64,000 bases of DNA from a virus, in IMG/VR virus record IMGVR_UViG_3300007775_000157, positions 13,510-77,509 of that record. The stretch is one strand, 5' to 3'. The notes under the pieces were generated by a model that was not told the DNA's origin, did not search any database, and worked only from the letters and a program-made list of their open reading frames with translations. The first letter of the stretch is position 1. Every line of letters starts with the position of its first letter. Made by a program: the position numbers and the translations under genes. Below are positions 1 through 10,530 of this stretch, in pieces.

Positions 1-2
1 AA

Positions 3-1934
3 TTACCAAGATGCGCAACATTTGATACGGATAAGATAGTTATATTTTGGCGAAATAGCAACAACCTAAATGCTGTTGTCGGAACTGTTTCCGGTACATC
101 AATCTCGTTTGGGACTCCTGTTGTTGGGCCGACGTATGGTCATTCCAACGGGAATATTATTTCCTTAAATAGTGTTAGTGGTATTATTACATATGAGAGA
201 TTTAGTCCGACTTACTCAATGATGGCAGTTCCAATAACTGTTTCTGGCACAACTTTGTCTTTCGGAACAGAAACACAATTGGCAGATACTACTGGTGATA
301 GTGGTGGAGCATTTGCTTCTAAGCTAAATAATTCACAGGCTGTTTTGTCGTGGGATGAAGCAGATGGCTATTCTAGAACGGCGATAGCAACAGTTTCTGG
401 AACAGATTTGACATTGGGGCCAAAAACTGTAATAACAGATTCTGTTGAAGGTTTTGCTGGACAAACACAAGTCTTAGTTTTAGATAGTGATAAAGTAGTT
501 TATGGGTACAGCAGAACTACCCTTGGATTCAACACCAGAATAGGTAGCATATCTGGAACTACCATATCTATGGATGGAGAAACCCAACTAACAGCCGGGG
601 TAACACTTGGTGGGCTTGGGTATCTTAGCGCATCTGGTTTCGTTGCTGGATATACATACAGTACTGTCGGTAGACGGGCACAGGTTGTAGAAGTGCAAGG
701 AACAGATATTTTCGGCGGAACAGAAACAACCACAACATATGCCGGTTCAACTGGCGGTTCAATGACGATGCTGGATGATACGAAACTATTACACGCAACA
801 GATAATGGAGACATAGCGGCTGGTCAATTAATTCAACTGGTCGATATTCTAGCTAGTACGCCAAATGATTATCCAAACGCATCTGGAGCAGATAGATTAA
901 CAGTTCTTCTATGGGAACAGAATTTAACGAACCATATCTCCGAAGTAACTATTCAAAGAGATTATCTGATAGGAATGACTTCTGGATATATTTATCTTGG
1001 AGATGCGTATTGGTCTGGCTCAAGTTTAACGGATGAAATAGCTCTTGCCAACAACGACTATCAACATTTATTTATAGCAGATTTTGAACATGTAGCTTCT
1101 GGGATATGGAATCTAAGTACTTCCATAGATGGTTCTGGATGGGTTAACCATGGAAATCAAACATCTGGCGTACAAACAATAGTATCTGGAACCGCTGATC
1201 CAAGATTTATGGTTCAAAGAGGTAATCCAGAGCAATGGTTTGATGAACTCGCCTTGTGGGCAGGCGACAAATCTACCTTTACTCAATTTACAGACACAGA
1301 ACTTCAAAAGGTATATGACCTTGGAATTATATTCTCTCAAACATTGCCTAAATATGATTCAACTACATATATGACATTATATATGCATGGGCCAGAACCA
1401 GCTTCTGGATCGTCTAATTTATACATAAATGGACATGGACTATTCCCTGGATCGGGAGACCTGTATATGTTCAGTTCTACTATCTATTCCGGGACAAAAG
1501 ACCTGTATGTTAATGGTTCTCCCCCACAAAGTACTGGCACAACAGACTTGTACGTTTCTGGTTCTGGCGTTGCTTCTAGTGGGAGTGGTGTCGGCAGGCC
1601 ACTTGATTGGTTTATTAGATATCCAGATTATAATCCACAACTACTAGGAGTATTTGATCTACCGGCTAGTTCTGTGAATATTAACGTGTGGGACATAACA
1701 AATGGACAAAATATAAAACTGTCCATATCTAATAGTGGATGTTACCATATAGGAGATACTGGTAGGTGGGGATGGTCTACCATCTACTTGTCGTCAAATA
1801 CAACAAATACAAGACAATATTTGTATTCAATGGAATCTAATGTCGGAGAAACTTTCACTGGACAATTCTTCCTTGATGTACCAGAAGGGAACAAATGGAT
1901 TCATCCAAATAACCGTTCGGACTATCTTGTGTAG
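3..1934 (+). CDS. Virion structural protein, 5'-truncated (TVSGT-type repeats, LamG-like domain, LYxxG repeats)
   Basis: The frame is open from position 3, upstream of the listed Met at 219. It has repeated 'TVSGTxLSFG' units. The segment 'HLFIADF..W..S.DG..W...FDELALW' is shared with 28975-30705. Confidence 0.65.
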   Translation, partial: LPRCATFDTDKIVIFWRNSNNLNAVVGTVSGTSISFGTPVVGPTYGHSNGNIISLNSVSGIITYERFSPTYSMMAVPITVSGTTLSFGTETQLADTTGDSGGAFASKLNNSQAVLSWDEADGYSRTAIATVSGTDLTLGPKTVITDSVEGFAGQTQVLVLDSDKVVYGYSRTTLGFNTRIGSISGTTISMDGETQLTAGVTLGGLGYLSASGFVAGYTYSTVGRRAQVVEVQGTDIFGGTETTTTYAGSTGGSMTMLDDTKLLHATDNGDIAAGQLIQLVDILASTPNDYPNASGADRLTVLLWEQNLTNHISEVTIQRDYLIGMTSGYIYLGDAYWSGSSLTDEIALANNDYQHLFIADFEHVASGIWNLSTSIDGSGWVNHGNQTSGVQTIVSGTADPRFMVQRGNPEQWFDELALWAGDKSTFTQFTDTELQKVYDLGIIFSQTLPKYDSTTYMTLYMHGPEPASGSSNLYINGHGLFPGSGDLYMFSSTIYSGTKDLYVNGSPPQSTGTTDLYVSGSGVASSGSGVGRPLDWFIRYPDYNPQLLGVFDLPASSVNINVWDITNGQNIKLSISNSGCYHIGDTGRWGWSTIYLSSNTTNTRQYLYSMESNVGETFTGQFFLDVPEGNKWIHPNNRSDYLV

Positions 1935-1948
1935 TGAAAGGTTGAAAC

Positions 1949-4900
1949 ATGTCATTAGCTTACTACACAGAAAAATTTCAAAGCTGGACAGCTAGTAGTC
2001 CTGGTGTTTGGGAACAGAAGGATTTATCTGCATATTTACCTTCTTCGGGAGATATTACGGCAGAAATCTTAATAGCAAACAGTAACACAGTAGATGCAAC
2101 ATATCCCGTTGGTGTCAGACAACTTGGTACATCTACTCCAAGGCTTGTCAATTTATTCAAATCAGAAAATGCTAGCGCATATAATTGTGTTACTATGCAT
2201 TCTAATGTTGTCAGTGGAAAAGTTGAATCTCAACTTCCTACAGGATGCACTGCATATCTCTTAGGTTATTGGACTGGCGCACAATATGTAGAAAAATTTT
2301 ATAATCCATCAATTTCTACTAATTTTAATACTTGGGCCAATTTAGATTTGAGCGCTGGTGTTGGCAGTGGAGCACCAATAGTAGAAGTCATTTGTGGTAG
2401 GCGAGAATCTGGTAGATATATCGGTGTTCGTTCTGTTGGCAATACAGCAGATAGACGCATAAAAATACATCAGGGTGGAGGACTTTCTAATAAATACAGT
2501 TTTTTCCAGTCTTTTGTTAAGTCTAGCGGAACTACATCAACAATAGAAAGATATGTTCAGTCTTATACCAGTATTAGGGTTCCCATAATAGTAACTATTG
2601 GTTATTGGTCTACGCCCCCTGGGGATTATATAGATAGTTTCGATGAACATATATATGATACTAACAACCCTTCTATTTGGAAAAAAGCTTTAGTCTCAGG
2701 TTTATCTTCCGGAAACGTAGCGTCGTTCGGGTGTTTTAACAATGACGCCTCCAATAGTGTAATACTTGGTATGAGAGAATCTGGTAGTGTTTTATCTAGA
2801 AATCTAACTTTGTGTGACGCTGTGGCGTCTGGCAATAGCGTAGCCGCTAATTTTCATACAAATATTTTGAGCGGGGCAGAATTTGTCAGTGATACGACAG
2901 ACACTATTCAATATGATTTTACTCTTCTAGGGCATTGGGAAAATCTTATAGGACAAATTCATCCGTTAAATGATAATTGTGCTCTGTATACAAACGGAAT
3001 GAATAATAGTTCTGGTCAGTTAAATTTGTATATGAATGGTTCTCTCGGAACCTTGGTTGATACAAGTGCGGATTTTTATATTTTGGGACACAGGTCTACA
3101 CACACACAAAACTTGTACTATTCCGAAGATGCATCGAAGACACTTTTCAGGTCTGATTTACAGGGTGGAAATTCTACGGGAATAATTACAGAGGCCTCTG
3201 GGGCACCACGAAGCATATCTTACGATCATACAACTGAAAAAATTTATGCTACTTTTTCTAATCTAATAGATAATACCATAATTAAAAGCCTTAATCCCGA
3301 TGGATCAAATACCGATCTTCTATATATATCAGGTTCAGTTCAAGCATTTGGAATAGCTCTACACGTAGAAAGTGGATATATTTATTTCACAAATATAGCC
3401 AAGGGGCATGTCGAGAGAATGGGCATAGAAATGCCGAGTGGAGAAACTGCCTACAACAGGACAGACATAGAGAATATAGTTGACTTCTTAAGTACCCCAT
3501 TGGAAATAAAAATAGACCAAGTTAATGACAAACTTTATTACGTCGATGGAATAAGTCCGAATTGTAAAATTAATAGATGCGATCTTGATGGGTCCAATTT
3601 AGAAACCGTAGTCACGTCTGATAACCCGTCTCAATCCATTGGCGGAATAGCACTGGATATATTAGAAAATAAAATATATTTTGGAGTTTATGGAATCGAT
3701 CCAAGGATAATGGTCGCAAACATAGACGGAACAAACAAAGAAATAGTTTATAGTGGTTTCGTGGATGTAGGACGACAACCTCTTTATTTAAGTATAGATT
3801 ACTTACGAAGCCAATTGTATTGGGGTGAAAGAATAGGTCATTTGGTAGAAAAGATAGACCTTGATGGCAGTAACCACGAGATAGTTATTACTGGATCGTT
3901 TACGAACAATCGTATAGCACAAGTTTTGCCAGAGATAAAACCGACAGACATGTTTATACATGGACATCAGTCTTCGTCCGTTTCTGGCAATCTTTATCTG
4001 TATGGCAACGAACAAATTTCTTCTTCCATAGATTTAATAATAGACGGAATAGATATTAGCGTTGACAATATTGATCTCTATGTAAAAGGTTATACGGCAG
4101 AAAATGATCAAATAAATTTGTATATAGACGGCCATGAATCTGTTTTAAGTAATACAAATTTATATATATTAGGTGACGATTTTGCCTCTGTATCTGGCGG
4201 TCATTTATTCGTTCATGGTTTTGATACGGGGACATCTGGATTAAATCTATATATAGATGGTATTAATAGGTCTCTGTCTAGCATGGAATTATTTACACAA
4301 GCTTATGACATAATAAATATTTCTATCGATTTATATATTCATGCATTCAGTAAACTATCAGGATTTGTAAATTTATTAACAAAAGGTTCAGATAGCAAGA
4401 CTAATGAATGTAGTCTGTTTGTCTATGGAATAGACAGTGTCGCAAACCCAGGACAAAATCTTTATATTAATGGTAGTATTATATCAAATTCACAAAATGA
4501 CCTGTATCTATATGGGAAGAAACTTCATTCTGTGTCTGGCGATTTGTATACCCATGGAATATCTATTGAATCTGAGACTATAGATGCTTTCATAACCGGA
4601 CCAAGTGGAAATATTAATTCTTGTACATTAATTTTGTCTGGATTTGATGTAATAACTTCTCTTGTTCCAAATTTATACATACATGGTGTTGAAAGCAAAA
4701 ATGACAACATTAATCTCTTTTTACTTAATTCTGGCCAGATTATTTCTATGTCTGGAAATACGTCTTTTCTTATTAATGGATATGTTGCTAAAACTCTGGT
4801 GTCCTGTCCAACGCTAGACGCAACAGCATCCATACAGATAGGCGACGAATTAATAGAAATATATCAATCTAGGATAGATGCGCTTATTAATCAGATAGGT

Positions 4901-5329
4901 AAAAATGTCTACCTTGAATTTTCACCAATAATCGATCCTTGTCCCAACTGTACATATGACACTTTTAGAAAACGATCAACTGGAATATATATACCTGGTG
5001 GCCCAAGACCATTCGAAAGAGGAAGAAGATGTCCGTACTGCAAAGGTGAAGGATTTTTAGAAACAGAAGTCAATAAATGTATCAAGGCTTTAATCAAATG
5101 GGGTGTTTCTGCTAATCAAAATTTTGGGTTGTCTCTTTCTGAAAGAAAAGGTGTTGTAAGATTAAAAACTCTCTTAACAGATGCGGACGATATAGCCAGA
5201 GCAAAAACGGCGATAGTTAATCACGACATTGTCGATCAAATGAAATTACGGGTTAAATTAATTCGTGGTCCTATACCTGCTGGCTTAAGAGAAGATAGGT
5301 ATGCTCTAAGTTTTTGGAAGTTGGTGTAA
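1949..5329 (+). CDS. Large virion protein: three N-terminal repeats, YWTD-like beta-propeller, 14-15 aa repeat stalk, C-terminal Zn-finger domain
   Basis: 1126 aa ORF with propeller-blade motifs KIYATF/YIYFTN/KLYYVD/KIYFGV/QLYWGE and motifs CPNC and CPYCKGEG. Paralog of 5331-7403. Confidence 0.7.
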   Translation: MSLAYYTEKFQSWTASSPGVWEQKDLSAYLPSSGDITAEILIANSNTVDATYPVGVRQLGTSTPRLVNLFKSENASAYNCVTMHSNVVSGKVESQLPTGCTAYLLGYWTGAQYVEKFYNPSISTNFNTWANLDLSAGVGSGAPIVEVICGRRESGRYIGVRSVGNTADRRIKIHQGGGLSNKYSFFQSFVKSSGTTSTIERYVQSYTSIRVPIIVTIGYWSTPPGDYIDSFDEHIYDTNNPSIWKKALVSGLSSGNVASFGCFNNDASNSVILGMRESGSVLSRNLTLCDAVASGNSVAANFHTNILSGAEFVSDTTDTIQYDFTLLGHWENLIGQIHPLNDNCALYTNGMNNSSGQLNLYMNGSLGTLVDTSADFYILGHRSTHTQNLYYSEDASKTLFRSDLQGGNSTGIITEASGAPRSISYDHTTEKIYATFSNLIDNTIIKSLNPDGSNTDLLYISGSVQAFGIALHVESGYIYFTNIAKGHVERMGIEMPSGETAYNRTDIENIVDFLSTPLEIKIDQVNDKLYYVDGISPNCKINRCDLDGSNLETVVTSDNPSQSIGGIALDILENKIYFGVYGIDPRIMVANIDGTNKEIVYSGFVDVGRQPLYLSIDYLRSQLYWGERIGHLVEKIDLDGSNHEIVITGSFTNNRIAQVLPEIKPTDMFIHGHQSSSVSGNLYLYGNEQISSSIDLIIDGIDISVDNIDLYVKGYTAENDQINLYIDGHESVLSNTNLYILGDDFASVSGGHLFVHGFDTGTSGLNLYIDGINRSLSSMELFTQAYDIINISIDLYIHAFSKLSGFVNLLTKGSDSKTNECSLFVYGIDSVANPGQNLYINGSIISNSQNDLYLYGKKLHSVSGDLYTHGISIESETIDAFITGPSGNINSCTLILSGFDVITSLVPNLYIHGVESKNDNINLFLLNSGQIISMSGNTSFLINGYVAKTLVSCPTLDATASIQIGDELIEIYQSRIDALINQIGKNVYLEFSPIIDPCPNCTYDTFRKRSTGIYIPGGPRPFERGRRCPYCKGEGFLETEVNKCIKALIKWGVSANQNFGLSLSERKGVVRLKTLLTDADDIARAKTAIVNHDIVDQMKLRVKLIRGPIPAGLREDRYALSFWKLV

Positions 5330-5330
5330 T

Positions 5331-7403
5331 ATGGGAATAGCATACTACGAAGAATCATTTACTACTTGGCCAGCTACAGACCCAAGCGGTTGGACCACCA
5401 AAGATTTATCTGCGTATCTTCCGACATACGATGATATTACGGCAGAAATAGTCATAGCAAACTCAAATACTGCCGTTGGTAGTTATAGTGTTGGGGTTAG
5501 AACCAATGGGTCAACCTTAGACAGAAGATTCAATCTTGTTCCGGCATTATCTAACGGAGGCGCTAATTGCGCCACAATGAATGTTCAGGTTACGAGCGGT
5601 GCCATAGAATATTATGGACCATCCGGGGTCGATTTTTACCTAGTAGGATTTTGGGCCGGTCCCAAGTATGTAGAGTTAGATACCAGACTTTCTCCTAGCG
5701 GGACAAATTCTTGGCTTACAATGAATCTGTCGGATGGCGGTGTTCCTAGTGGTGCATTGACAGAAATAATGTGTGCCCAGGGATGGGGTGGTCTGTTGAT
5801 GGGTAATCGATCTATCGGTAATACGATAGATAGACGTATCCGCATGGAAATAGGCAGTGATTCTTTCGAGAGATACAATACTTGGACATCCTTTGTTCAG
5901 AGTAGCGGCTATAATGCTGCGATAGAACACTATGTTCAAACATACATTTTGAACAATAAATTTTATATATTAGGATACTGGGAAGTTCCTCCCGGAGATT
6001 TTACTGATGTCTTTCAATTGGACGAAGGAAATCCAACCTCTAACAATACATGGGAGGGCGTAGACATTTCCGGTATTCCGTCTGGAGCAGTTTGCTCTTT
6101 TGTTATGACAAATAGCGACATATCGACAAGTCGTGTATTAGGCATTCGGGAATCAGGAACATCTCTTGAAAGAAAAATAGACATAAGATTTGCCAATAAT
6201 GCAACATATAAACTCGCTTGTTGTATGCATGTCATATCTAATTCTCCGATAGAAGCATTTTCAGAGGCAGCTACTGGTGTTAACGATGATTTCACACTAG
6301 CTGGATATTGGGATAATTTTGCTACCGTTCCATTACAAACTACTGTGTTTGATAATGCCGATCTGTTTATTGAAGGCATGTCTATCGGGATATCACAACA
6401 GGTTGACCTATATATGGACGGACTTGGGTCTAGTTCTGGCATAGTCAATCTTTTCACAATAAGTCATGATACAAATAATGATAATATTAATGCTTATGTT
6501 TCTGGATCAGTTCCAGCAGTATCTTCAAATATGAACATGTTCGTTTCTGGCCTTGGATTATTTTCTGACACTCTTAATTTGTTTGTAAATGGAGACATAA
6601 TCAGGGCGAATAATATTGATTTATATCTTGATGGATTTAGTTCTAGTTCTGGCCTTACGAATATTTTTATAGAAGGTTCTGAGACACTAAACGACAGTCT
6701 TTCTATGTATGTGTCCGGATCAGTCAATATGTCGTCTGGTGACTTGAACCTGTATTTATGCGGAGGTTCCTTTGCGTTTGCGTCTGAAAATCTGTTTATA
6801 AGTGGTCCATTCTCCACTTCTGTATCTGGAACTTGTGACTTAATCGTTAATGGGATAGTTCCGATTCCAGGAGTCTCTTGTCCAATTTTAGACTCCACCG
6901 CTTCAATACAAATAAAATCTAGTTTAATACAAATCTATCAGTCTAGAATAGATGCACTCATTAACCAGCTTGGGAAAAATGTTTATCTTGAATTTGATCC
7001 AATAATAGAACCTTGTCCAAATTGTGAATTTGATACAATTAGACACAGATCAAAAGGTATATATATAGTTGGTGGTCCTGTTCCTTTTGAGAGAGGAAGA
7101 AGGTGTCCTTACTGTAAAGGAAATGGTTTGTTGGAAACTCCTGTAAATAAGTGTATAAAATGTTTGCTTAAGTGGAACCCTAGAGATGCTGAAAATCATG
7201 GAATATCTCTGTCCCAAGGGAAGGGTATCGTTCGTCTGAAAACGTATCTAACAAACGCAGACGATTTATCTAGAGCAAGAACGGCATTAGTTAATCATGA
7301 TATTGTGGATCAAATGAAATTAAAAGTTAAGCTATTGGAAGGCCCTATTCCCGTAGGGTTAAGAGAAGACAGATATTGTATAAGTTTTTGGGAATTGTTA
7401 TAA
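5331..7403 (+). CDS. Virion protein, paralog of 1949-5329 lacking the propeller (neck/collar fibre candidate)
   Basis: Nearly identical C-terminal ~175 aa (YQSRIDALINQ.GKNVYLEF...CPYCKG.G...GLREDRY) and a homologous N-terminus. Confidence 0.7.
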   Translation: MGIAYYEESFTTWPATDPSGWTTKDLSAYLPTYDDITAEIVIANSNTAVGSYSVGVRTNGSTLDRRFNLVPALSNGGANCATMNVQVTSGAIEYYGPSGVDFYLVGFWAGPKYVELDTRLSPSGTNSWLTMNLSDGGVPSGALTEIMCAQGWGGLLMGNRSIGNTIDRRIRMEIGSDSFERYNTWTSFVQSSGYNAAIEHYVQTYILNNKFYILGYWEVPPGDFTDVFQLDEGNPTSNNTWEGVDISGIPSGAVCSFVMTNSDISTSRVLGIRESGTSLERKIDIRFANNATYKLACCMHVISNSPIEAFSEAATGVNDDFTLAGYWDNFATVPLQTTVFDNADLFIEGMSIGISQQVDLYMDGLGSSSGIVNLFTISHDTNNDNINAYVSGSVPAVSSNMNMFVSGLGLFSDTLNLFVNGDIIRANNIDLYLDGFSSSSGLTNIFIEGSETLNDSLSMYVSGSVNMSSGDLNLYLCGGSFAFASENLFISGPFSTSVSGTCDLIVNGIVPIPGVSCPILDSTASIQIKSSLIQIYQSRIDALINQLGKNVYLEFDPIIEPCPNCEFDTIRHRSKGIYIVGGPVPFERGRRCPYCKGNGLLETPVNKCIKCLLKWNPRDAENHGISLSQGKGIVRLKTYLTNADDLSRARTALVNHDIVDQMKLKVKLLEGPIPVGLREDRYCISFWELL

Positions 7404-8101
7404 TGACAAACTTTGGACTCGGATTAGATTTACCATCAAATTTTGATCGCCAATTAAAAAAGGGGATTAAGCAAGAGGGGTCTAAGAAATTTGCCTCAAG
7501 AGTTTTTGCAAAAGCTTCTATTATTTCTAAGGACATAGGTAATTTGTTGGTATATAAATTTGAATCTAGTATAGTAGCCAAAGCTCTTAGGGGACATAGT
7601 GCGACAGACCTTCCCGCACATCTTGGGTTATCTGATGCATTAGCTAACGCTTTCGTTGATGGTATGGCTGAACTGATCAGGTCTTCTGTTAAATTGTCTG
7701 CCCATTCCATTAATGGTCAAGTTGTTATAAACATTAAAGCCGTTGAAGACAACTGGGCGCAATATCTTAGTTTACCTGGCGCTGAATATATTTCTCAGAA
7801 ATCCGGCATAGTCATTCCTGTTGCAAAATGGTTGCTAATTGATCCTAATATAGATATAGGACAAGCATCATATGATATAGTTTTTCTGGGTGAGTCAACG
7901 AAATTTGACGCAAGAATCAGAAAAGTATCTAGAAGTGGGAGAGCTATTATGGTAGATTTAGAAACGCTTGGCGGAAGTGGAGGGTATGTTCTTCCTAATA
8001 TCATATCCGGCCAAACCGGAGAGAATTTTATAGAATACACACTTCGACAGCCAAGAGTATCAAGCGAAGCTGTTCAGTTTTTACTTAAGAGGGTGAAATA
8101 A
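7403..8101 (+). CDS. Putative neck / head-tail joining protein
   Basis: The start ATG overlaps the upstream TAA (taatg). It lies before the terminator and tube candidates. Function is inferred from synteny only. Confidence 0.45.
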   Translation: MTNFGLGLDLPSNFDRQLKKGIKQEGSKKFASRVFAKASIISKDIGNLLVYKFESSIVAKALRGHSATDLPAHLGLSDALANAFVDGMAELIRSSVKLSAHSINGQVVINIKAVEDNWAQYLSLPGAEYISQKSGIVIPVAKWLLIDPNIDIGQASYDIVFLGESTKFDARIRKVSRSGRAIMVDLETLGGSGGYVLPNIISGQTGENFIEYTLRQPRVSSEAVQFLLKRVK

Positions 8102-9033
8102 TGGCTATAAATTTTAAAGGCACAAATATTGGTGGTTTCGGAGGTTATGAATTAACAGATCAGCTTCTATACAACCTAAAATGGTTTTTAGACTGGGGCT
8201 TAGCCAATAGAGGTGCATTTGGCATATATGAATATGATTCCGAAAGTTATTTCGATGACGACGAATCCAGACTACATCCGGTGATAGATGAAAGATACAC
8301 CTACGGACAGGTGTGGGAAGGAGCAGGACGTGAATGGGTCTGGGAAAGTGGCGTCACCCTTGGGAGCGGAACTGCTGATCCATTCCGTGTTTCCGGTGTT
8401 TATGTCGGAGGAAGCTTCGTACCGATATCTGATACGGGAATTTACAGACATCATATAGATTATCTGAATGGTAGAGTAATCTTTGACGAGCCACAAAATG
8501 ACTCTGAAGATATCAGAGCGGAATACAGTAGACGATCTGTTCACGTTAGTTTTGCAGACAATAAAGACTTTAGGAGATTAATGCTGGAAGCCGTAGAAGA
8601 ATTCTTGTCAGATAATTCTCCGTCTGGCACTCCCGCCAGAGAACATCAGATTTGGTTGCCGAGTATCTTTATCGAAATTAGGAAAGGGAGTCAGAGAGGG
8701 TTACAGCTTGGTGGTGGACAAACTAAGATAAAGGATGTTGTTTTTCATATTTTCGCAGACAATCCACAAGACAGGAATCTTTTGATGGACTGGCTAGATT
8801 ATCAGAGTAGGAGTACCTTCTGGATGGCAGACCTAAATACGATAACATTTCCTTTTGATCAATATGGAGACATAGTATCTGGAACGACTAATTGGCCAAA
8901 CATGGTAGCATCTAACCCGTGGAAAAAATTACGAGTGATAGAAAGTAATTCAGAGACAATTAACTCTTTAAACTCTCAGTTGTTTAGGGCTAGAGTAACC
9001 TATAGGGTTGAGATAGATTTTGGTGGAATTTAA
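8101..9033 (+). CDS. Putative tail terminator/completion protein
   Basis: 'LPSIFIE...GLQLGGG...FHIFA...DRNLLMDWL' resembles tail terminator proteins. It lies directly upstream of the tail tube candidate. Confidence 0.55.
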   Translation: MAINFKGTNIGGFGGYELTDQLLYNLKWFLDWGLANRGAFGIYEYDSESYFDDDESRLHPVIDERYTYGQVWEGAGREWVWESGVTLGSGTADPFRVSGVYVGGSFVPISDTGIYRHHIDYLNGRVIFDEPQNDSEDIRAEYSRRSVHVSFADNKDFRRLMLEAVEEFLSDNSPSGTPAREHQIWLPSIFIEIRKGSQRGLQLGGGQTKIKDVVFHIFADNPQDRNLLMDWLDYQSRSTFWMADLNTITFPFDQYGDIVSGTTNWPNMVASNPWKKLRVIESNSETINSLNSQLFRARVTYRVEIDFGGI

Positions 9034-9036
9034 TTG

Positions 9037-9045
9037 GTGTATAAT
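9037..9045 (+). promoter_or_regulatory. GTGTATAAT promoter-like motif upstream of tail tube gene
   Basis: Intergenic; the same motif recurs at 11291, 15658, 21574, 22280, 36215 and 36874. Confidence 0.6.
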
Positions 9046-9104
9046 ATTGTGACAATGGACAGAATTGGACAGAAAAGATTTATATTGAAAGGTTAGTGAT
9101 ATAA

Positions 9105-10220
9105 ATGGCTCAGAACCGTATATTTTATGCGATACAAGCACTAGGTTTTGCTCCGCATGAGCAATTATGCCCGTTGGATGCAGGCAATCTGCATACCGGA
9201 TCGGGTACTCATCCGTCAGGCTTTATAACAGCCCATGGCGTTCAAAGTGTTGGACTCAACACGACTTTTAATCTAGAACAGATATTTGAATTGGGTCAAT
9301 TAGAGCTTTACGAAAACATTGAAGGTATTCCCGACATAGAAGTAACCTTGCAAAAGGTTCTTGACGGATATCCTCTATTATATCATTTGGCTACACCGAA
9401 TGCAACGTCCGCGACTCTTGTTGGACGATCTAATGAAAGATGTTATGCCGCTCTCAACATTTATCCAGATACCAACGATAATGCATCGGGAACCCCTTTG
9501 CAGTCTGTAGGCATGTCTGGTATGTACGTTTCTACTCTGACGTATACGCTGAACGTAGAAGGCAGTTCTACCGAAGATGTTACTCTTGTTGGTAACGATA
9601 AAGAGTGGATAGCCAGTGGGTTAAATCACTTCGCACCAAGTGTTTTTGATGGTTCCGACGAACCTCTATCTATTACTACGTCTGGTGGAGTAGCCCAGAG
9701 AGAGAATATTCTGATGGGTAGCGGAGTTTCTATGGGAAGCGACGGTACTATTACAGGGGTTAGCGGGAGTCTGTTCCCGGTTGCTATAGATGGCATAGAT
9801 GCCAATGGACATAATCTTGATTCGGGTGACGGATCATTTAGTGCCCACCTTCAAACTATTACTATTAGCACGGACCTTGGCAGAGACGAATTATACGAAC
9901 TCGGCCGTAGAGGCCCTTATCATAGATTTGTTTCATTCCCCGTTGAAGTTACTTGCGCGATAGACTCAACTTCTTCGGAAGGCGACTTAATTGATGCCTT
10001 GGCTGATCCGCCAGGAGGCACTAATTTGTCTAACGAGAAGATTTTTGTTTGGGTGGAAGAAGGTACTCGTATTAATCTTGGAGCAAAGAATAAGTTGGCT
10101 TCCGTGACCTACGGAGGCGGCGATGCAGGTGGAGGAAACGTGACAGTTACATATAATTATTCAAACTTTAATAGCTTAAAGGTCACTCACGTCCAAGACC
10201 CTGCTGGTTTGGCAACATAG
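9105..10220 (+). CDS. Major tail tube protein
   Basis: 371 aa, acidic and beta-rich, with an internal duplication (EQIFELGQ / DELYELGR). It has its own promoter and a strong terminator, and fits by synteny. Confidence 0.65.
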   Translation: MAQNRIFYAIQALGFAPHEQLCPLDAGNLHTGSGTHPSGFITAHGVQSVGLNTTFNLEQIFELGQLELYENIEGIPDIEVTLQKVLDGYPLLYHLATPNATSATLVGRSNERCYAALNIYPDTNDNASGTPLQSVGMSGMYVSTLTYTLNVEGSSTEDVTLVGNDKEWIASGLNHFAPSVFDGSDEPLSITTSGGVAQRENILMGSGVSMGSDGTITGVSGSLFPVAIDGIDANGHNLDSGDGSFSAHLQTITISTDLGRDELYELGRRGPYHRFVSFPVEVTCAIDSTSSEGDLIDALADPPGGTNLSNEKIFVWVEEGTRINLGAKNKLASVTYGGGDAGGGNVTVTYNYSNFNSLKVTHVQDPAGLAT

Positions 10221-10244
10221 AGATCATAATATAAGCAGATTATG

Positions 10245-10280
10245 AATCGGGGTAGTTTTCGGACTATCCCGATTTTTTTT
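10245..10280 (+). terminator. Rho-independent terminator
   Basis: AATCGGGGTAGT-TTTCGG-ACTATCCCGATT hairpin followed by a T-run. Confidence 0.9.
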
Positions 10281-10311
10281 ATTTTCAACTAGAACCATCT
10301 TAGTCTTTTAT

Positions 10312-10319
10312 CGTATAAT
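10312..10319 (+). promoter_or_regulatory. -10-like CGTATAAT at start of accessory island
   Basis: Intergenic TATAAT after the terminator; a similar site occurs at 11749-11756. Confidence 0.55.
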
Positions 10320-10332
10320 CACAGTAAACGAT

Positions 10333-10521
10333 TTGAATCACATGGGTAGAAGTATTTTAGTTAGTGGAAAGGCGACAGAATTAGGCAAGATTATTGCAAA
10401 TATTATTCAGATCGAATGTTATGATTCGTCTTCTGATAATTTTTCTTGTAAAAAAATCGTGGACCCGCTAGAGTCAGAAAAGAAACGAATCGACGATAAT
10501 CTTAGAAGTGTTTTTGGGTAA
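10333..10521 (+). CDS. Small hypothetical protein ending in DNLRSVFG
   Basis: ORF follows the promoter and shares its C-terminal 8 aa with the next ORF. Confidence 0.6.
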   Translation: MNHMGRSILVSGKATELGKIIANIIQIECYDSSSDNFSCKKIVDPLESEKKRIDDNLRSVFG

Positions 10522-10530
10522 GGAGTGTGT

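Noticed and set aside
1949-7403. Diversity-generating retroelement template/variable repeat suggested by the near-identical C-termini
   Set aside because: The differences are mostly synonymous and not adenine-specific, and no reverse transcriptase is present.
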